Shown: positions 25,399 through 39,239 of the stretch, in pieces
How positions within the stretch are numbered: the first letter of the stretch is position 1
Layout: the number at the start of each line of letters is the position of its first letter
Assembly (NCBI RefSeq): GCF_037042905.1
Contig: NC_087252.1
Coordinates: forward strand, 24,492,001-24,556,000
Length of the DNA stretch: 64,000 nucleotides
Reading direction: 5' to 3'
DNA from: Lytechinus pictus
Lineage: Eukaryota
Notes under the pieces: model-generated
What the model saw: the letters and a program-made list of their open reading frames with translations, nothing else
Told to the model about the DNA's origin: nothing
The model's database searches: none
Position numbers and translations under genes: made by a program

Positions 25399-27206
25399 AT
25401 TAATTGCATTGACGCCCACTGGCGACAATGCATTGTTCTTGTTCCGTATTCCTATTCCGTCGTCTTCTTCTTCTTCCACAAAATCCCATTTGTTTAACAC
25501 ATGGTTTTTGTTAGCTCTGCCCTGGCTCCGTCCCTCATCCAAATTCATCCAAACTTGGTAGACATGTTGTCCACCATCTCTAGTTGTGCACCTCGTCTTC
25601 CATTTTCCAAAATCACTCATGCATGACCATCCAGGCGCCATTTTGTAAATTTCAAGTCCATTTGCATACCATTACTAATCTCGTCCTAACTCCCGCATCC
25701 TGCATGCTACAGACTTCTAACAAATTGCTATAGATAGTCAAAGAGTTGCTTGATCATCTGCGACGTATAACCTGACCTTCAAAATGCCATCTTCATGCCC
25801 TAAATTCCAATCCGAAATAGCCTTCCTTAAAAAACTTCATATTTATTGAAATGTAAAGTCAAAAAATCGTAAAATGGCCATAACTTTCTTGTTTTTATTC
25901 AATTCGAGCTCATATATTCAGGAATTGATACTGGCAACATATCATACTTACGACATAGTTTTCACGCATCATTGATCATCCGGTATTGAAATAGCGCCCT
26001 CTAAAGTTTAAAAAACGCTTACCTTTGAATGCTCCTCATTGCGTCATGCATGGCCAAACCCGTACCCTTTTTGAGATTTAGGGTGTTCAAGATATGCCCT
26101 TTCATGTCATTTAGAAAAATATATACCTTACCACTGACAAAATATCTGAAAAATGCTCCCGAAAATCAGCAAAATACGCAAAAATGCACTATAATGCCAG
26201 CACAACTTCAACTTGCTCTTATTTGCTTATTATGGAAGCTTATCCTTTCTAACTTGGCAGATATGAGTATTGATATATATTTTAACAGTTCTTCAACCTT
26301 TTGTGACAGAAACTGACATAGAGCTGACGTCAGCTTAAAATTATTGTGAAAAACTATCATTTTTAATGTCTTTCTTTATATGGCATTTACTTCCGGTCTA
26401 TTGCTTGCGCACACATAAAAATGGTATCAATGTCACCGCATGGGAATGCTCTATCCAGTGATACCAAATACGGCATAGATTACAACAGAAAATTTCAAGA
26501 TAAGCCAATCTGAACACATGGTATACTACTCACAATGCACACTTATCAACAACAGAATTGTACACAATGTCTATGGCATAACGTATTATGCATGCACATC
26601 GTTCTGCTATGTACTTTACACTGAGTTACGTTAATGAACTGTCAGGGAAATTTGTATGCTTATTCATATCACTCTCTCTGTGTCTTTCTCTCCCTTCTCT
26701 CTCTTTGTTGAGCGGCCATATGGTCTAAAAATGGACGAAATCTGTTTGACTCGAGAATGTAACTTCCTATGGAGGGCACAATGTACCAAAATCCACTTTG
26801 ATTAACATGTAATTTTTGTTAGTCCTCCCCTGCCTCCGCTCCTCATCCAAATTCATTCCTATTTGGTAGACATGTTGTCGATGATGCATTATTGTGTACC
26901 TTTTATTTCATTTTCTAAAATCATTCATGCATGACAGTGCATGCGCCATTTTGAGTGAGTGACATCATCATCTCTCTCATTTTGATATAACTGGCTCGTT
27001 CATGTAACTATTTTGTTAAAAATAAGCGAAACTTTGAAATGTCATAACTTTCTTATTTTACATCCGATTTTAAAGAAATTTTCAGCATTGTGCTTGTCTG
27101 ATTTTTCCCTATTAATTCAAATCAACATTTTTCTGAGGTGGACTTGACCTTTCAATCAGACGCGTCAATGCATGCACATCGTTCGGAAACGATTGCAGTT
27201 CTAGTT
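25399..27206 (+). mobile_element. Helentron-associated (HINE/DINE-1-like) element
   Basis: 5' subTIR TGCATTGACGC sits in a short palindrome, followed by (CTT)n. The 3' inverted subTIR GCGTCAATGCA is followed by hairpin TGCACATCGTT-CGGA-AACGATTGCA and CTAGTT. Confidence 0.65.
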
Positions 27207-29649
27207 CATGGTGTAATTGTTCATTGATGTATAATAAAATATTTTCTTAAATCTTCTGTTTATGGTGTTATTGTTCATTGATGTACAATAACATATTTTC
27301 TCAAATCTTCTGTTTATTATGTTGAATATAATTCACATTGAATTGTCAGGCACCTTGAGCCTTTGGAGTGGATATGTGCGCATTTGAAATATGGTTTTGC
27401 CGTTATTATAGTTATTACATAACATTTTAAAAATCAGAAACTGAAACTATAATTCTGAGCAATTTTCGAAACCACTACGCAAACACTTTTTGGAGCATAG
27501 AAAATCTATTGTCAAAAGCCCTTCATGACAAAGAAGTCTTTGTCGAAAATCGGTGAATCTAAGCAGAAATTTCATCCATGACTTTGGACAAACGACGTAT
27601 TTGCATTTTTTCATCAGTTTCAAATCTTAGGACAATCTGCTTTCCCGGTTCACAAATTTTCGACAAACACCTCTTTGTTCATTGTTATTTGTTGGGCAAT
27701 TTCAATGCGTTGACTATGTTCCAGAATCTGTCCCCTTTGTAATTGCAAAAATTCGCTAATGCACTTAGCCCATGTGAGCGTCCCAAGTATATGTGGGTTT
27801 AGATAATGGATAGCAAATACATGTATGGACGGTGTATTGAGCAATCATTTCCATGTCAAATATGACGTTTGGGGACTTTGAACTTCTTTCTCAATTCCTT
27901 GCCTTCGCATCGAACATACTTACTTTAATGGCTGCATCTCGGGGGGGGGGGGGGGGGGGTTAGCGAAAAACTTTGAAATAGATTAATTTAACTCCCGTAT
28001 ATAGGATTAGAACTCGGCAGAGCAGATTTCTGCTGCATCAACGCCATGTTGGTAAATAACCAATCTGGCATAATTTTGACATAAAATTTTCAAGGCCTGG
28101 ATCTGATGGAATCATGTTCTTATAGACACAAAGTTAGATTGTCAATTTTGATTCCCATTTGCTATAAAGTTGAACAAGATCTTGGGTAAAATGAATTTGA
28201 TTGGTTTAATGCAAAAGTTATCATTTTTCAAACTATGGCCATGATTATAGAAAATCAATCCTTCATTGTACACCATTGGAAATTTGACTAATAGTAACAC
28301 GAGAATATTTTCCGTTCATTCAGTGTTAATGCAACATTTCAAGGAATCCTTGCCAGGTATTAAATGAAACAATTTACACGCAGATTAGCTGAAATAAATA
28401 TTTCAAGTCAGTAAAACGCTTTTCATAGGTGCATATGTACATAGCAGTTATATGAATCGAATATTGAGAATATCAAACTTCATGAATTATAATGCTGGCA
28501 ATCAAAAACGCTCTATAGGTGCATGCAGCTGATGTTAGAAAACTAGGGCAAGTTTGTCGCTCGCATACAGGTGAATTCAACCCGGTAAAGAATAAAATAT
28601 GAAAAAAAATCACCACAATAACACTTGGATCATGTCAATGAAAGCCCATTATCTGTAAATCTCTCTTTTTGACAAAGATTATGTCGAAGGGGTAATCCAT
28701 TCAGTTTGGCACGCAATGGTGAACTTATTCTGAAAGCTTTCCAATTGAATACATGCTATTGTTATGATTGTTGAGCTACTATACATGACAACATAAGTGT
28801 CCTTGCTGCCCCCTTAATCGTGTTACCGATCGAAGGTTGTGTATAACCTATATGTTTTGGATTGGGCTTGTGTATGCGTTTTTGGTTGCATGAGAATACT
28901 AAATCAAAACACTTACATAAGCTTAATGCTAGACATTTAGGACCGGTTTCAGGTTTATAGGTTTGAGAATATGGTATCTTAATGTGCAGATTTCCCAAGG
29001 GAGCAGTGTCGCAAGAGCAGATTCATGAAAAACAATATAAAATGCGCATATATCGTATTTCACTATATATCTTCTTTTTTATCAAAACTATCGGAACATA
29101 TGTTCTACGTCATACATATTAGCCTAGTTATCTCTAGCTTCACACAGCCCAAAAACTAAACAACAACTAAAGGAAGGGAAACGACTTAATTCATCGCCTA
29201 CTTGAACTGGGACATCTTTGCGCCAAACCTCGGGAATTCCTATAGTAGTGGTGGAAAAGAAACAGAAAATTATACAACGCTGTTTACTATATGAACCTTG
29301 CAGTAATTGTTTAAATACTTTAAACAATTAAGTGTTTAAATCTTAAGCAACAAAGTTTAATTATCAATATCTAATCTTCAATAAATTAAACATGATTGTT
29401 TAAACGGTTAAACAAATACTGTAAGGTTCATATACTAAACAGCGTTGTATAAAATCTTAAACAGCGTTTTTACTGTGTACTGACTCAACATAATTTGTTT
29501 TCTTTTCAAAATTGTCATTGTCGCATCAAGAAGGCTACGAGTTCGAACGTACCAGCGTACATTGTACAGTATAAAAAAGAGACAAGTCAATAAAATTCTA
29601 TATGACAGAAGTGTAATGAAATGCATATAACTCTTGAATATACACTCAC

Positions 29650-29930
29650 CTGAACGATACTTTGCCGGAGATGACAACCCGACGCTTCCAGTTGATAACC
29701 TCGATTGTGTCACACCGATCTTTTCCAAATTGTCCTAAATCCGGTCTCAGAACTCGCCTTCACGCGTCAAATCCATGAAATACATCAATATCAAAACTCG
29801 TATCCCACGGAGTATACAGTGTCTGTTCCAAATTGTCCTAAATCCGGTCTGAGAACTCGCCTTCACGCGTCAAATCCATGAAATACATCAATATCAAAAC
29901 TCGTATCCCACGGAGTATACAGTGTCTGAT
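29650..29930 (-). other. Candidate non-coding first exon of the SLCO gene, containing a 103-bp tandem duplication
   Basis: Strong minus-strand donor CAG|GTGAGT at 29649. The first coding exon has its own acceptor, so an upstream exon is needed. The duplication 29723-29825 / 29826-29928 has one mismatch. Confidence 0.35.
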
Positions 29931-32224
29931 GTAAATATAGACCTACTGTTTGCTAACTATACGTGAGAAGGCTTTATTTGGTGAAATAAGATTTATTCGG
30001 TAAGAGTCAACTTTTCTGCTCCATCGAATCACCAAAGACCTGTTCGATCAATAAAAGTGCATTCGCTCGGATATTTTTTTATAATGGAAAATCATATATA
30101 CTACGAAACGGTGCTCGCTGATCCAGATTTTTCAATTCAGTGGAGTGGGAGCGGGGTTAGTCGACCTGTCTACAACCTAAATAGAGTAACTTTAAAAACA
30201 AAATTAAGATCTGTGTCCACGACTTGGGGGGGGGGGGGGCGGGGGATAGTGAAGTCTGCAGATAATCGGAATTTCCTATCCTCATAAATATCGATGTCAG
30301 TCACATTTTAAGGGAAACCGAATATATAGCCTACGGTAATGAAATAACGTCAAAAGGGATCAAAATGGTTCAATATTCAAATTAATCGAACAAGGAAATG
30401 GAAAGTCTCGCTGTTTCAAGTATGGTGTCATTCAGACGATTGGCAGCTCGGTTAATGTGGTAATACTTAACACGACTTTCCCATGAAATGTTGTTATAAA
30501 GACCTATATACGTAATGATATTAGGAAATTGTGTTTTTTTTTCTTCAAAAAAGCACCATTTTCCCCACAGGGCGGCAGTTGAATATCAAATAGATAACCA
30601 TATTGTTAAATATCATCATAAGAAATATCATATTCAGAGGAAAACATTTGATAAAAGATTATATTTCGCTCTTTTACAGCAACTGGATGGCCAGAGTAGT
30701 TCCAATTAAAGAACCCGACATCATGCGTCATCACAATATTGATCACCCTATTCTGTTCATGTATTCAACTATACCATTTCCTCTATTTGTTTTGGGTCCC
30801 CCCCCCCCCCCTCTCTCTCCCTCTCTCTCTCTCTGTGAAAACCATGCATTTTGCCTTTCCGGATATATTTCCTTTATAATATTTAAATCATCGGACTGTG
30901 AGGTCAGAGCCGGGGGGTCGTACATGTAGGTTCGATTACTTGCAGCCTGATGGTCCAGCATTAAATCCATTTATTCATATTCATCTTTCATAATGAATCA
31001 GAATAAAATGATATTTCGCTATTCTAATCATGTCTGATAAAAAATATCCAAAATATGATAATGAGATAATTTTCCAAGTATCGGACACAATCCCGATAAC
31101 GCGTTTAGGGTACAAAATGTTGCGTTTGGAGAATATCAAATATACATGTATAAAGGCGAAAACCAAACAAAGTGTAAGCAAGACTGACCCGTCTAAACGG
31201 AAGTATGGGTATGAACGTCAAGGATAGACAACAAAAGACTCTAACCTAAAATGATTTTATTAAAAAGTAAACATGGCTCAATTATATTCAAGCATGGTGA
31301 TCATTCAATTGAAAGTTTGCCGTCACCTTGTCGAAAGTTCACGGCTTATATCATATCGCTCTATTGTTTACAATATACACTTACCGGGATCGAGTGTTTC
31401 CTTTGTTACGGGTAGCACGTGAACGGGACATGGACCCCCCCCCCCCCTCATTTTATTGTTGAAGATTGTGTATTCTGGTACTGGTATTCTTAAAAAAAAA
31501 GCAATAGCTCGCTTTTCAAATTTGAAGTAATTGTTAGTGTTGCACGCAATTTGACTCTCGCCCCCTCTCCCCCCCCCCCCCCTCTCTCTCTCTCTCTCGT
31601 TCATGTACGTTCACGAATTCAAATTACGAATGTTCTTTAACATGAATATAACCCGTTACCATGGTTACTTTAGTTTCAACGAAATACGGGATGACAATGT
31701 GTAATAGTTTGTATCATTTGAATCCAAGCATGCCAAGTAGATAAGTTTGTCTCCGTTGGTACATTAACCATGTAAAGCGCCGGGGGAGAAAATGCAAAAT
31801 AATTTTAGAGATAAGTTTGGGGTTGCTCCTTCTTAGGCCTGCTCCTCCCCCTCTCCCTTCCGATTTGGGTCAAGGTCAAAGAAATACTAGACGTTTGGAA
31901 GAATATATCAATATTTATAATTGATGCAAAATATAAAACCCATCAGCTAGTGTTGATATACATGCTCTAAAGTCCCTTGTACACGATGACACCAAAAAGA
32001 CAAAATATTTATTCATGCCTGATCAAACACAGGCAATTTTTCATCCAGACTGTCACATAGCTTTGAGCCAAAGCAAGTGGGAACGATGATCGCAAAGGTC
32101 TGAAGTATACTTTTATCATATGGGATAATGTGTGATTAATATCATGAATGAGTAACTATATAATTATATTGTATTTTGCACGGCTGTGGTTATTCATCTC
32201 TAATCACCCCCAATACCTTGCTGT

Positions 32225-32483
32225 CACTGGCGGATCCAAGGGGGGGGGGGGCACAGTCGGCCCTTGCCCCCCCCCCCCTTTGAGAGGCACAATTAACATT
32301 TGTAATGTAAAAATGCCGTTAAAACAGAAGCGTGCCCCCCTTGAAAGTTATGACTTTTTGCTTGTTAATTTTTTTCGTGGACGAAATCCCCTTAATTTTT
32401 GGTAAAAACTTTTTTTTTCTTGTCAAATTTTTCCTCGGGAAAATGTGCCCCACCCCCTTCGAAAAATCCTGGATCCGCCCCTG
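32225..32483. mobile_element. hAT-like MITE
   Basis: TIR CACTGGCGGATCCA / TGGATCCGCCCCTG. Exact TSD CTTGCTGT at 32217-32224 and 32484-32491. A sister copy lies at 49764-50045. Confidence 0.85.
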
Positions 32484-33046
32484 CTTGCTGTGTATATGCT
32501 ACGTGAAAACGAATACAGACAATGGATAGAAATTTGACTGAATAACAATAAGACTTTTTAATGTATATAATGAGGTGTTTTTTAGTACGACTCTGACAAA
32601 GGGGCGGAGAAGAATGAATAAATATTCACTTTTTTATAAGCTTGCCTAATTGACAGAAGTTATTGGCATAGAACGTATTTAATTTGGAACTTTTCTTCTT
32701 GGCTGAATGATTTGCATGTTCATCTCGTGTATCTGAAAACTTTTTCGTCAGTGTACTTCAGCAAATTGTCTGGTCAGGTCGGCGTCACATATCTTATGAA
32801 AAATATAGTTATTACATATTTAATAATACTCATCCATGCATCCACTGAATGACAAAATTAAATCATTACTGTTGACCTGCGCATAAATTAAGTTTTAAGT
32901 ATACAATACAAAAAGAGCAAGTAATTTGAATAGGAATATTTTGATGGATTGTTGCTTTCGTTGTCATGGTTTTGCCAGAAGGGTACCTTATCCATTTTAG
33001 AGTATATAGACCATTTTCGACACCCTGGGCACAGGGTATTCGCGCA

Positions 33047-36000
33047 TCTTCTTCTTCTTCTTCTTCCTCCGCTTATATCGGAGAGCGACAGCAAGGTGCT
33101 GCATAAAGAATGTCCATCAGCAGTTAATGATTACAGAGAGGAAAGAGATGTAATACGGCTAATATGGAGTTTATAAAGGAAAGTCAATGTAAGCAACATA
33201 AGCACATCATTATGTTGGGAGGTGAGGTAAAGAGAGCATGGGAGTAACACCGCTCTTGTGAATGCATCTCCTTTGATTGTATCATATATAGAGGGAGTAG
33301 ATTTCATCTGGCAGGCGTTTACTTCTAAGCTTATTGCAGAATTCTTGTCTGTGAGTGTCTAGGTGAACACATGTTGCTATAAAGTGGACAATGTCTTCTG
33401 CCTCTTTCTTGCAGAGCCTGCATTCGACTATTGTGGTCTTCTTTATTTTAACAAGTCTTGTTTGCACTGGATATGTCTGGCTTAGTAGCTGTGCTCTGAC
33501 AATTACTGCTTGCCTAAGAAATCTCGAGCTGCCACAGCGGGGATACAAGTGGTAGGGGTTCCGAATGTTGATGGAGGTCCAGAATGAGAGCGTTTTCTTT
33601 GCTTGGATTGCCTCCATGGTTTCAAGTATCCGTTTTTACTGTTTTCTTCCATTGGCAGTAAGGAATTGGGTCCAGTGTTAGTGACTGAAGATCTGGTAGG
33701 TTATACTTCAAAAGGATAGTTTGCCAGGCTCTGATTGTGACCGTTTGCTTGGAGAGGGCATGAAGAAAGGTGCAATATTCGAAGCGTTCGTGAGGGAGGT
33801 CAAGTAACTGTCCTATCAACTGAAGCTTCACAACGTCCACTTGCGCACTGATAGGTATTAGTCCAGTCAAAAGGTGTACCGATTCATCAGCTGCAGACTT
33901 CGGTAGGCCAAGAATCTGCTTGAACAGTTGAAGATGTGACTGGTTGAGTCTCTTTAACATACCCTTTGTAAAGTTAATGACCGCGGCTCCAAAGAGCATG
34001 CGGAGAACACAGTACACTCTCCATAATGTTGCGCAATGTTGTGGTAGGAGGCCACCTGTATATGCACCAGCTCCATAGTGAGAGCATAAAAGGTTTTGAG
34101 ACCTTTTGCAATCATGTCCTCAGTTGGATCTCTCATTGTGCTAGTTTTTATAATGCCAAGATGAGGATGCATTTGTGCAGTTTGCGCTGGGTCCTCTCCC
34201 AGCATGCCAGGCATATTGCTGTGAGGTATGTTTACTATCGTTGAATGCAATGATGCAGCTTTTGGATGGATTGATTCTGTATTTCCATTCTTTTGTATAG
34301 TTTTGTGACATCAAGCATAGATTGTAGTTCACTTGGTGAATTACTTAGAAGGGCTACATCATCAGCAAGGACTAGAAGACCAGAATATCGACCTAGTAGA
34401 TTACAGCAAAAATTCCTGCTGCGTAGACGTTTGATGAGTGCATCAATGAATGCAATGTAGAGGAGTGGAGATAAAACTCCCCCTTGCCTTACTCCTTGAT
34501 GGATTGGAAAGGGCTCACTTGCTACATCATTCCAAAGGACTTGACTCTGAAGATCTTTGTACAGAGACTGGATCATATTAAGATGTACAGGATGGATGTT
34601 TGTGGCCCCTAGCTTATGGAAAAGACCCTGATGCCAAACTTTGTCAAAAGCTTTCTCAGCATCTAGGAGTGCAACAAAAGTGGGGGTTTTGTTTGCAGAA
34701 TTAAGTTCAATTATGAGTTCAAGACAACATGACGTCAGGATGCAGGAGTGATGTTTTTGGAAACCAAACTGGAGTTCATCTGGAATATTGTTTTCTTCAA
34801 GGGAGCGCTGGATCCTTGGTTTAAGGGCAAGTTCAATCAATTTGCACAAGGTAGAAGTCAGGGTTATTCCTTGGGTCTTTTGAATTCACATCTTTGCCTT
34901 TCCCTTTGTGTAAAGGAAGAACAAGTCCATTCTTCAGACTTTGAGGGGTAAAAGACGATACCAAGAAGGAGTTGAAGACTAGAAGTATAAGACGCCTTGC
35001 AGTTGCACCGAGATATTGGATGTGTTCTGGGCTGATATCATCAGGTCCACTAGCTTTCCCTTTCTTGAGGCTGGCGATGGTTACATCAAGCTCATGAGAG
35101 GTCATGAGGGCTGATTCCTGTACCATTGGGACAACCTCATTAGGTTCAAATTTATCATGAATTGTTCTTTGAGAGATTTCGGCATTCAGTGTATGTTGAG
35201 CCAAATATGTGAAGTAGCACTTCCAACCAGCAGCTACATCACCTTTCTCGTATGTGCAGCCTTGGTACTCAAGCACTTCTGTTTGACGTTTTGTGATGTT
35301 GGTTCGTTGCCGCTTAATGAGCTGGTAGAATAGCCTTGAGTTTCCAGTTGATGCAGATTCGATGCTGGACAGGAGCCTACGGTGTTCTACGGCACGTGCC
35401 TGTCTCAACCTTTGTCTGAATACTTTCTTCAACTGGAGGTAAACATCATGCAGAAATACTCCTATGGGCTTTCCATTGTCTTTCCAGCGTTTCCATGCAT
35501 TGTTTGCTTCGGAATATGCTTCAGCAACTTCCGTTGTCCATTCTGCTTTACCGAGACGTTTTTGGCAAGGTTTAGTGTGAGGGAGATTTTTTGACTGATG
35601 AACCATTGCTTGGGAGAGAGACAACAGGATTGCTTCAGCCTCCTTACCAAGAATTTCACAGTCATCTATGTTGGTAAATAGATCCATTGCTATCTCTTCC
35701 ATAGGTACTGTGTAGAGTTCCTGGAGAGTATTGTGATCAACCTGATCCTATTTTATTTTTATTCTGGCAACTTTTTCCGGTTTGTGAGGGGAAGAGCTTG
35801 GCGACTTCTTTTCCTCCTTAGGAGAGGACTGAGGAGTACAAGGATCCCATGTGATGGTGACTGGAAAGTGGTCGGATGTATTCAGAGGGTCATCCTCCTT
35901 TATAGATACAACTCCAAATCGTGATAGCGCAGATGAAGGTATCAGGAATCCATCAATGTTTGACCTCTTCTTCCCATCATCAGATTGAAAGGTAAACTGT

Positions 36001-36300
36001 TCAGATGTACAGTGCTCCTCTGTGGCACTCAGGAAAACAACAGAGTTCATGAAAGATATTAGATATCCTAGTGTCTTTTTATTGTTCTGATGTACTGTGT
36101 CGGCATTAAAATCTCCAGCAATCACTACAGTGGTTAGATTATTTGCCTGGTGCACATAGGTGTCTAGTAAGTGCATGATGATTGCTAGACAGGCCTGGTA
36201 CTCAGTGAGATCAGCAGATGAGGTGCCACTCGGAAGGTAGCAGTTAATTAGGAGTATTCTTTCATTCGAAGATGCAAGGTAGAGATTGGCTGCTATAAGT
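33047..36300 (-). mobile_element. 5'-truncated, frameshifted LINE (RTE/RTEX-like): APE endonuclease + RT + C-terminal CCHC-type motif
   Basis: AGDFNAD and SDHFPV (APE). KASGPD, LQFGFQ, DAEKAFDKV, GVRQGGVLSP and LADDVAL (RT). CRLC..E..DIVHF...C. Minus-strand (GAA)n tail at 33047-33066. Clade assignment is inference. Confidence 0.9.
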
Positions 36301-36497
36301 GGCTGCTATAAGCATCATGAACCAAGATTTGTCATTCGCTGTCAACTGATAGAAAAGACTTTGGGAATTGATCAATATTTTAAAAGAAAATCACTTCTAC
36401 ATATATAAACAACCTCTTTCAAACATGAAGCATTTTGATCCCGGGTGATATCCCCCCTCACTTTTCAAGACAGAAATTATGTTTTTTTTTCATACTA

Positions 36498-36751
36498 CAC
36501 TGCAAAACTTTGGTGTTGATTTAACACCAGCCCGGAATCAAAATTTATATTTGTCCACACCAGAGAAGTGTTAAACAACACCAGTTTCGTTTTGGTCTAA
36601 CACCAGATAGGCGTTTATACAACACCAAAGAAGTATTAAAACAGCATCGGTTTAATTTGATTCCAAATTGATGTTGTTTCAATACTACTCTGGTGTGGAC
36701 TTATATAGATTCCGAGCTGGTGTTAAATTAACACCGGAGTTTTTGCAGTGT
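36498..36751. mobile_element. Palindromic MITE
   Basis: CACTGCAAAACTTTGGTGTTGATTTAACACCAGC / GCTGGTGTTAAATTAACACCGGAGTTTTTGCAGTG. A fragment also lies at 41844-41902. Confidence 0.7.
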
Positions 36752-37932
36752 ACCATGGCTACTCTTAATGCATAATCTCGTTTTTTACTGCTGTTAGAGT
36801 CATTAAATTGGCCCGAGATCGCATTAAAAAAACGCAAGATTTCTAATCCGTGTTTACAAAAGAAATTGTAGTTTTATGCATAATTATTAACAGCAATTTG
36901 ACCATAGATTATTCAGTAAGATCAAAGTTCTAGATACCATCAGATATTCATATCAAGTTCCAGGAGTAAATAAATTTCAATGAAAACAAAATTCGTCTGT
37001 TTATTGTATACTTTGCTTGGACCCTACATGGGGTCCTATATGCAACAGTAACTGCAAGGTATTTAGAACTAACTTAATGCAATGAGGGTATTCTCCACAC
37101 GCAAATGAATAACAGGCACCCAACCCCATAGAGTGGACCAACTTTGGCAATATTGTTTGTTTGTTTGTTTATTTGCTTGCTTATATGCAATATACAAAAT
37201 AATCCATTACATAAACAATTGAATCATAATGCATAATGAATACAAAATAACGATGTGAGCATAAACTTAACTTTTTAATGATAAGGATAATAATAACAAT
37301 ATTTAATTAACACAAGAGACCGCCATCGTGAGCGGTTAAGCTTGAAATTGACGGCGGCCTAAAAAAGATCATTACATACACCCTAAAACAGTTTACTAAA
37401 TAAAGGGTAAAAAGGAAACTTTTATGTTTAGTGGGTGTAATTATACCAAGTATTATGTAGTTTTGCTAAATTTTGCGTTGAAATTTACCCACAAAAGATG
37501 CGTTTTGCCTGGAGAGTCTTATTGCGCAAAAAAAGACGCATGTACCATTTTTACCTATATAATACCGGGTAAATTAGTACTCAATATTCTTCAGAGTGTG
37601 TTAATTCTAAAGGTCATGTTACTTTATCGGTAATTCCTTTATAGCACGGAACTACTCAGTTCCTATATATGGATGTATCAAAAACCACGTAAACGAAATT
37701 AAATAACTTAGATTCACAAATTGGTGTTATTGCCCTCCTACATATACCTCTACAGGTGAAATATAATTCATTATAAATACTTACCCTTTATTATGATTTG
37801 ATATACCTTTTTAAAAAGTTGTTATCATTATTTTCATGTATATTTTTATTTCTCCCCTTTCCTATTGATGAGGCCTACATCAATTTCAAGCTGAAGGCTT
37901 AAGGTGGCGGTCTCCAACATTTCCATTATAAA

Positions 37933-38572
37933 CCGTGTGAGTAAAAAATATCGACACCTAACAAATCCCCAAATTAAGGAAATAACATGTCATGAACACA
38001 TAATATTATATATGGCCTGACGGAGTATATATGCTCTCCCAAATAATTTGATGCCATATTAATGTGGTATGTGTTATCGCTTGGATGATCAGAACTTGAG
38101 GAATTCTTTGCAGTGACGTAAATGTTGATTTGCGCCAAAGTAAGGCATTACTGCAATAAATTAATCCATATGTCAATAATGTCATAATCCTACATGGGTT
38201 GCATTAAAATCCACTTCAAGAAACCTTTTCAATAATTTACATCATAATTGTTTAATAAACAGTTTTTAGTAGCAATTGTCAAGTTATTTTGATTGAAAGG
38301 GGATTTACAAATGTAGTATTATGTAGGATTATCACAATATTGGCATCTGGATTCATTTATTGCAGTCATGCCTTACTTTGGCGCAAATCAAAATTTACAA
38401 CGGTGCAAAGATTACCTTCTGATCATCCGAGCGTTAACACAAAATACATTAATATGGTATCAAATATTTGGGAGAGCATACCCTTTCAGGCCATATTATA
38501 ATCTTATGTGTTCATGACATATTTTTTCCTTAACTTGGGGATTAGCGTGTCAATATTTTTTTACTCACACGG
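37933..38572. mobile_element. TIR element, uninterrupted relative of 8132-9178
   Basis: CCGTGTGAGTAAAAAA...TTTTTTACTCACACGG with long internal inverted similarity. Confidence 0.75.
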
Positions 38573-38599
38573 TTTATAATGGAAATATGGGAGACCGCC

Positions 38600-38603
<4 letters not shown>

Positions 38604-38648
<45 letters not shown>
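38604..38648. repeat. (TA)n microsatellite
   Basis: Seen directly. Confidence 0.95.
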
Positions 38649-38651
<3 letters not shown>

Positions 38652-38812
38652 ATAAAAAATCCAAGTATATTACTATTTGAATTAGAATAATGTTCGGTAT
38701 GATAATCACTATGATGGAAATATTTGCTTTATTGTTATGTAATGTGGAAAACTGATTATACATGTATACTTTTGTTTAATAATGTTATGTGGAAATAAAT
38801 GGAAGTAGAATA

Positions 38813-38929
38813 TCAGTCTCTTAGTTCTTCGTCATGATCTTCTATTTGGTAAGCTTCGTTTATAACTCCCTCCAGTTCATTCTTGCTCTTCTGTTTATTA
38901 AGACCATCATCCTTCGTCAACGTTTTTTT
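38813..38929 (-). pseudogene. Probable terminal exon of the SLCO paralog relic (KKTLTKDDGLNKQKSKNELEGVINEAYQIEDHDEELRD*)
   Basis: Acceptor ttctctgtttcag, phase 0, open for 38 codons to TGA. Positionally equivalent to exon 10155-10226. Confidence 0.5.
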
Positions 38930-39239
38930 CTGAAACAGAGAAGAATGTTATTAACATGGATAAAAAATAGCACCTAAATCTATTTTGAAAAACCACTTGA
39001 GAGACTTGAAACAACAATCCAGTGCCTTGTCAGGGAGGAGCGAGAGGCATATACTATATGGGCCACGAAATTTGGAAATGTGATGGGGCAAAAGAGGGGG
39101 CAGAACAACTATTGAAAAGTTAGATCTTACGAAGTTAAAACGAATCAAGAAGCCACTTGTGTCAAAAATTTGAAGGGGTTTCAGCTTGGCGTCTGCCCAT
39201 GACATTGGATGACATCTTTTTCATAGAAGCCATCTCAGG

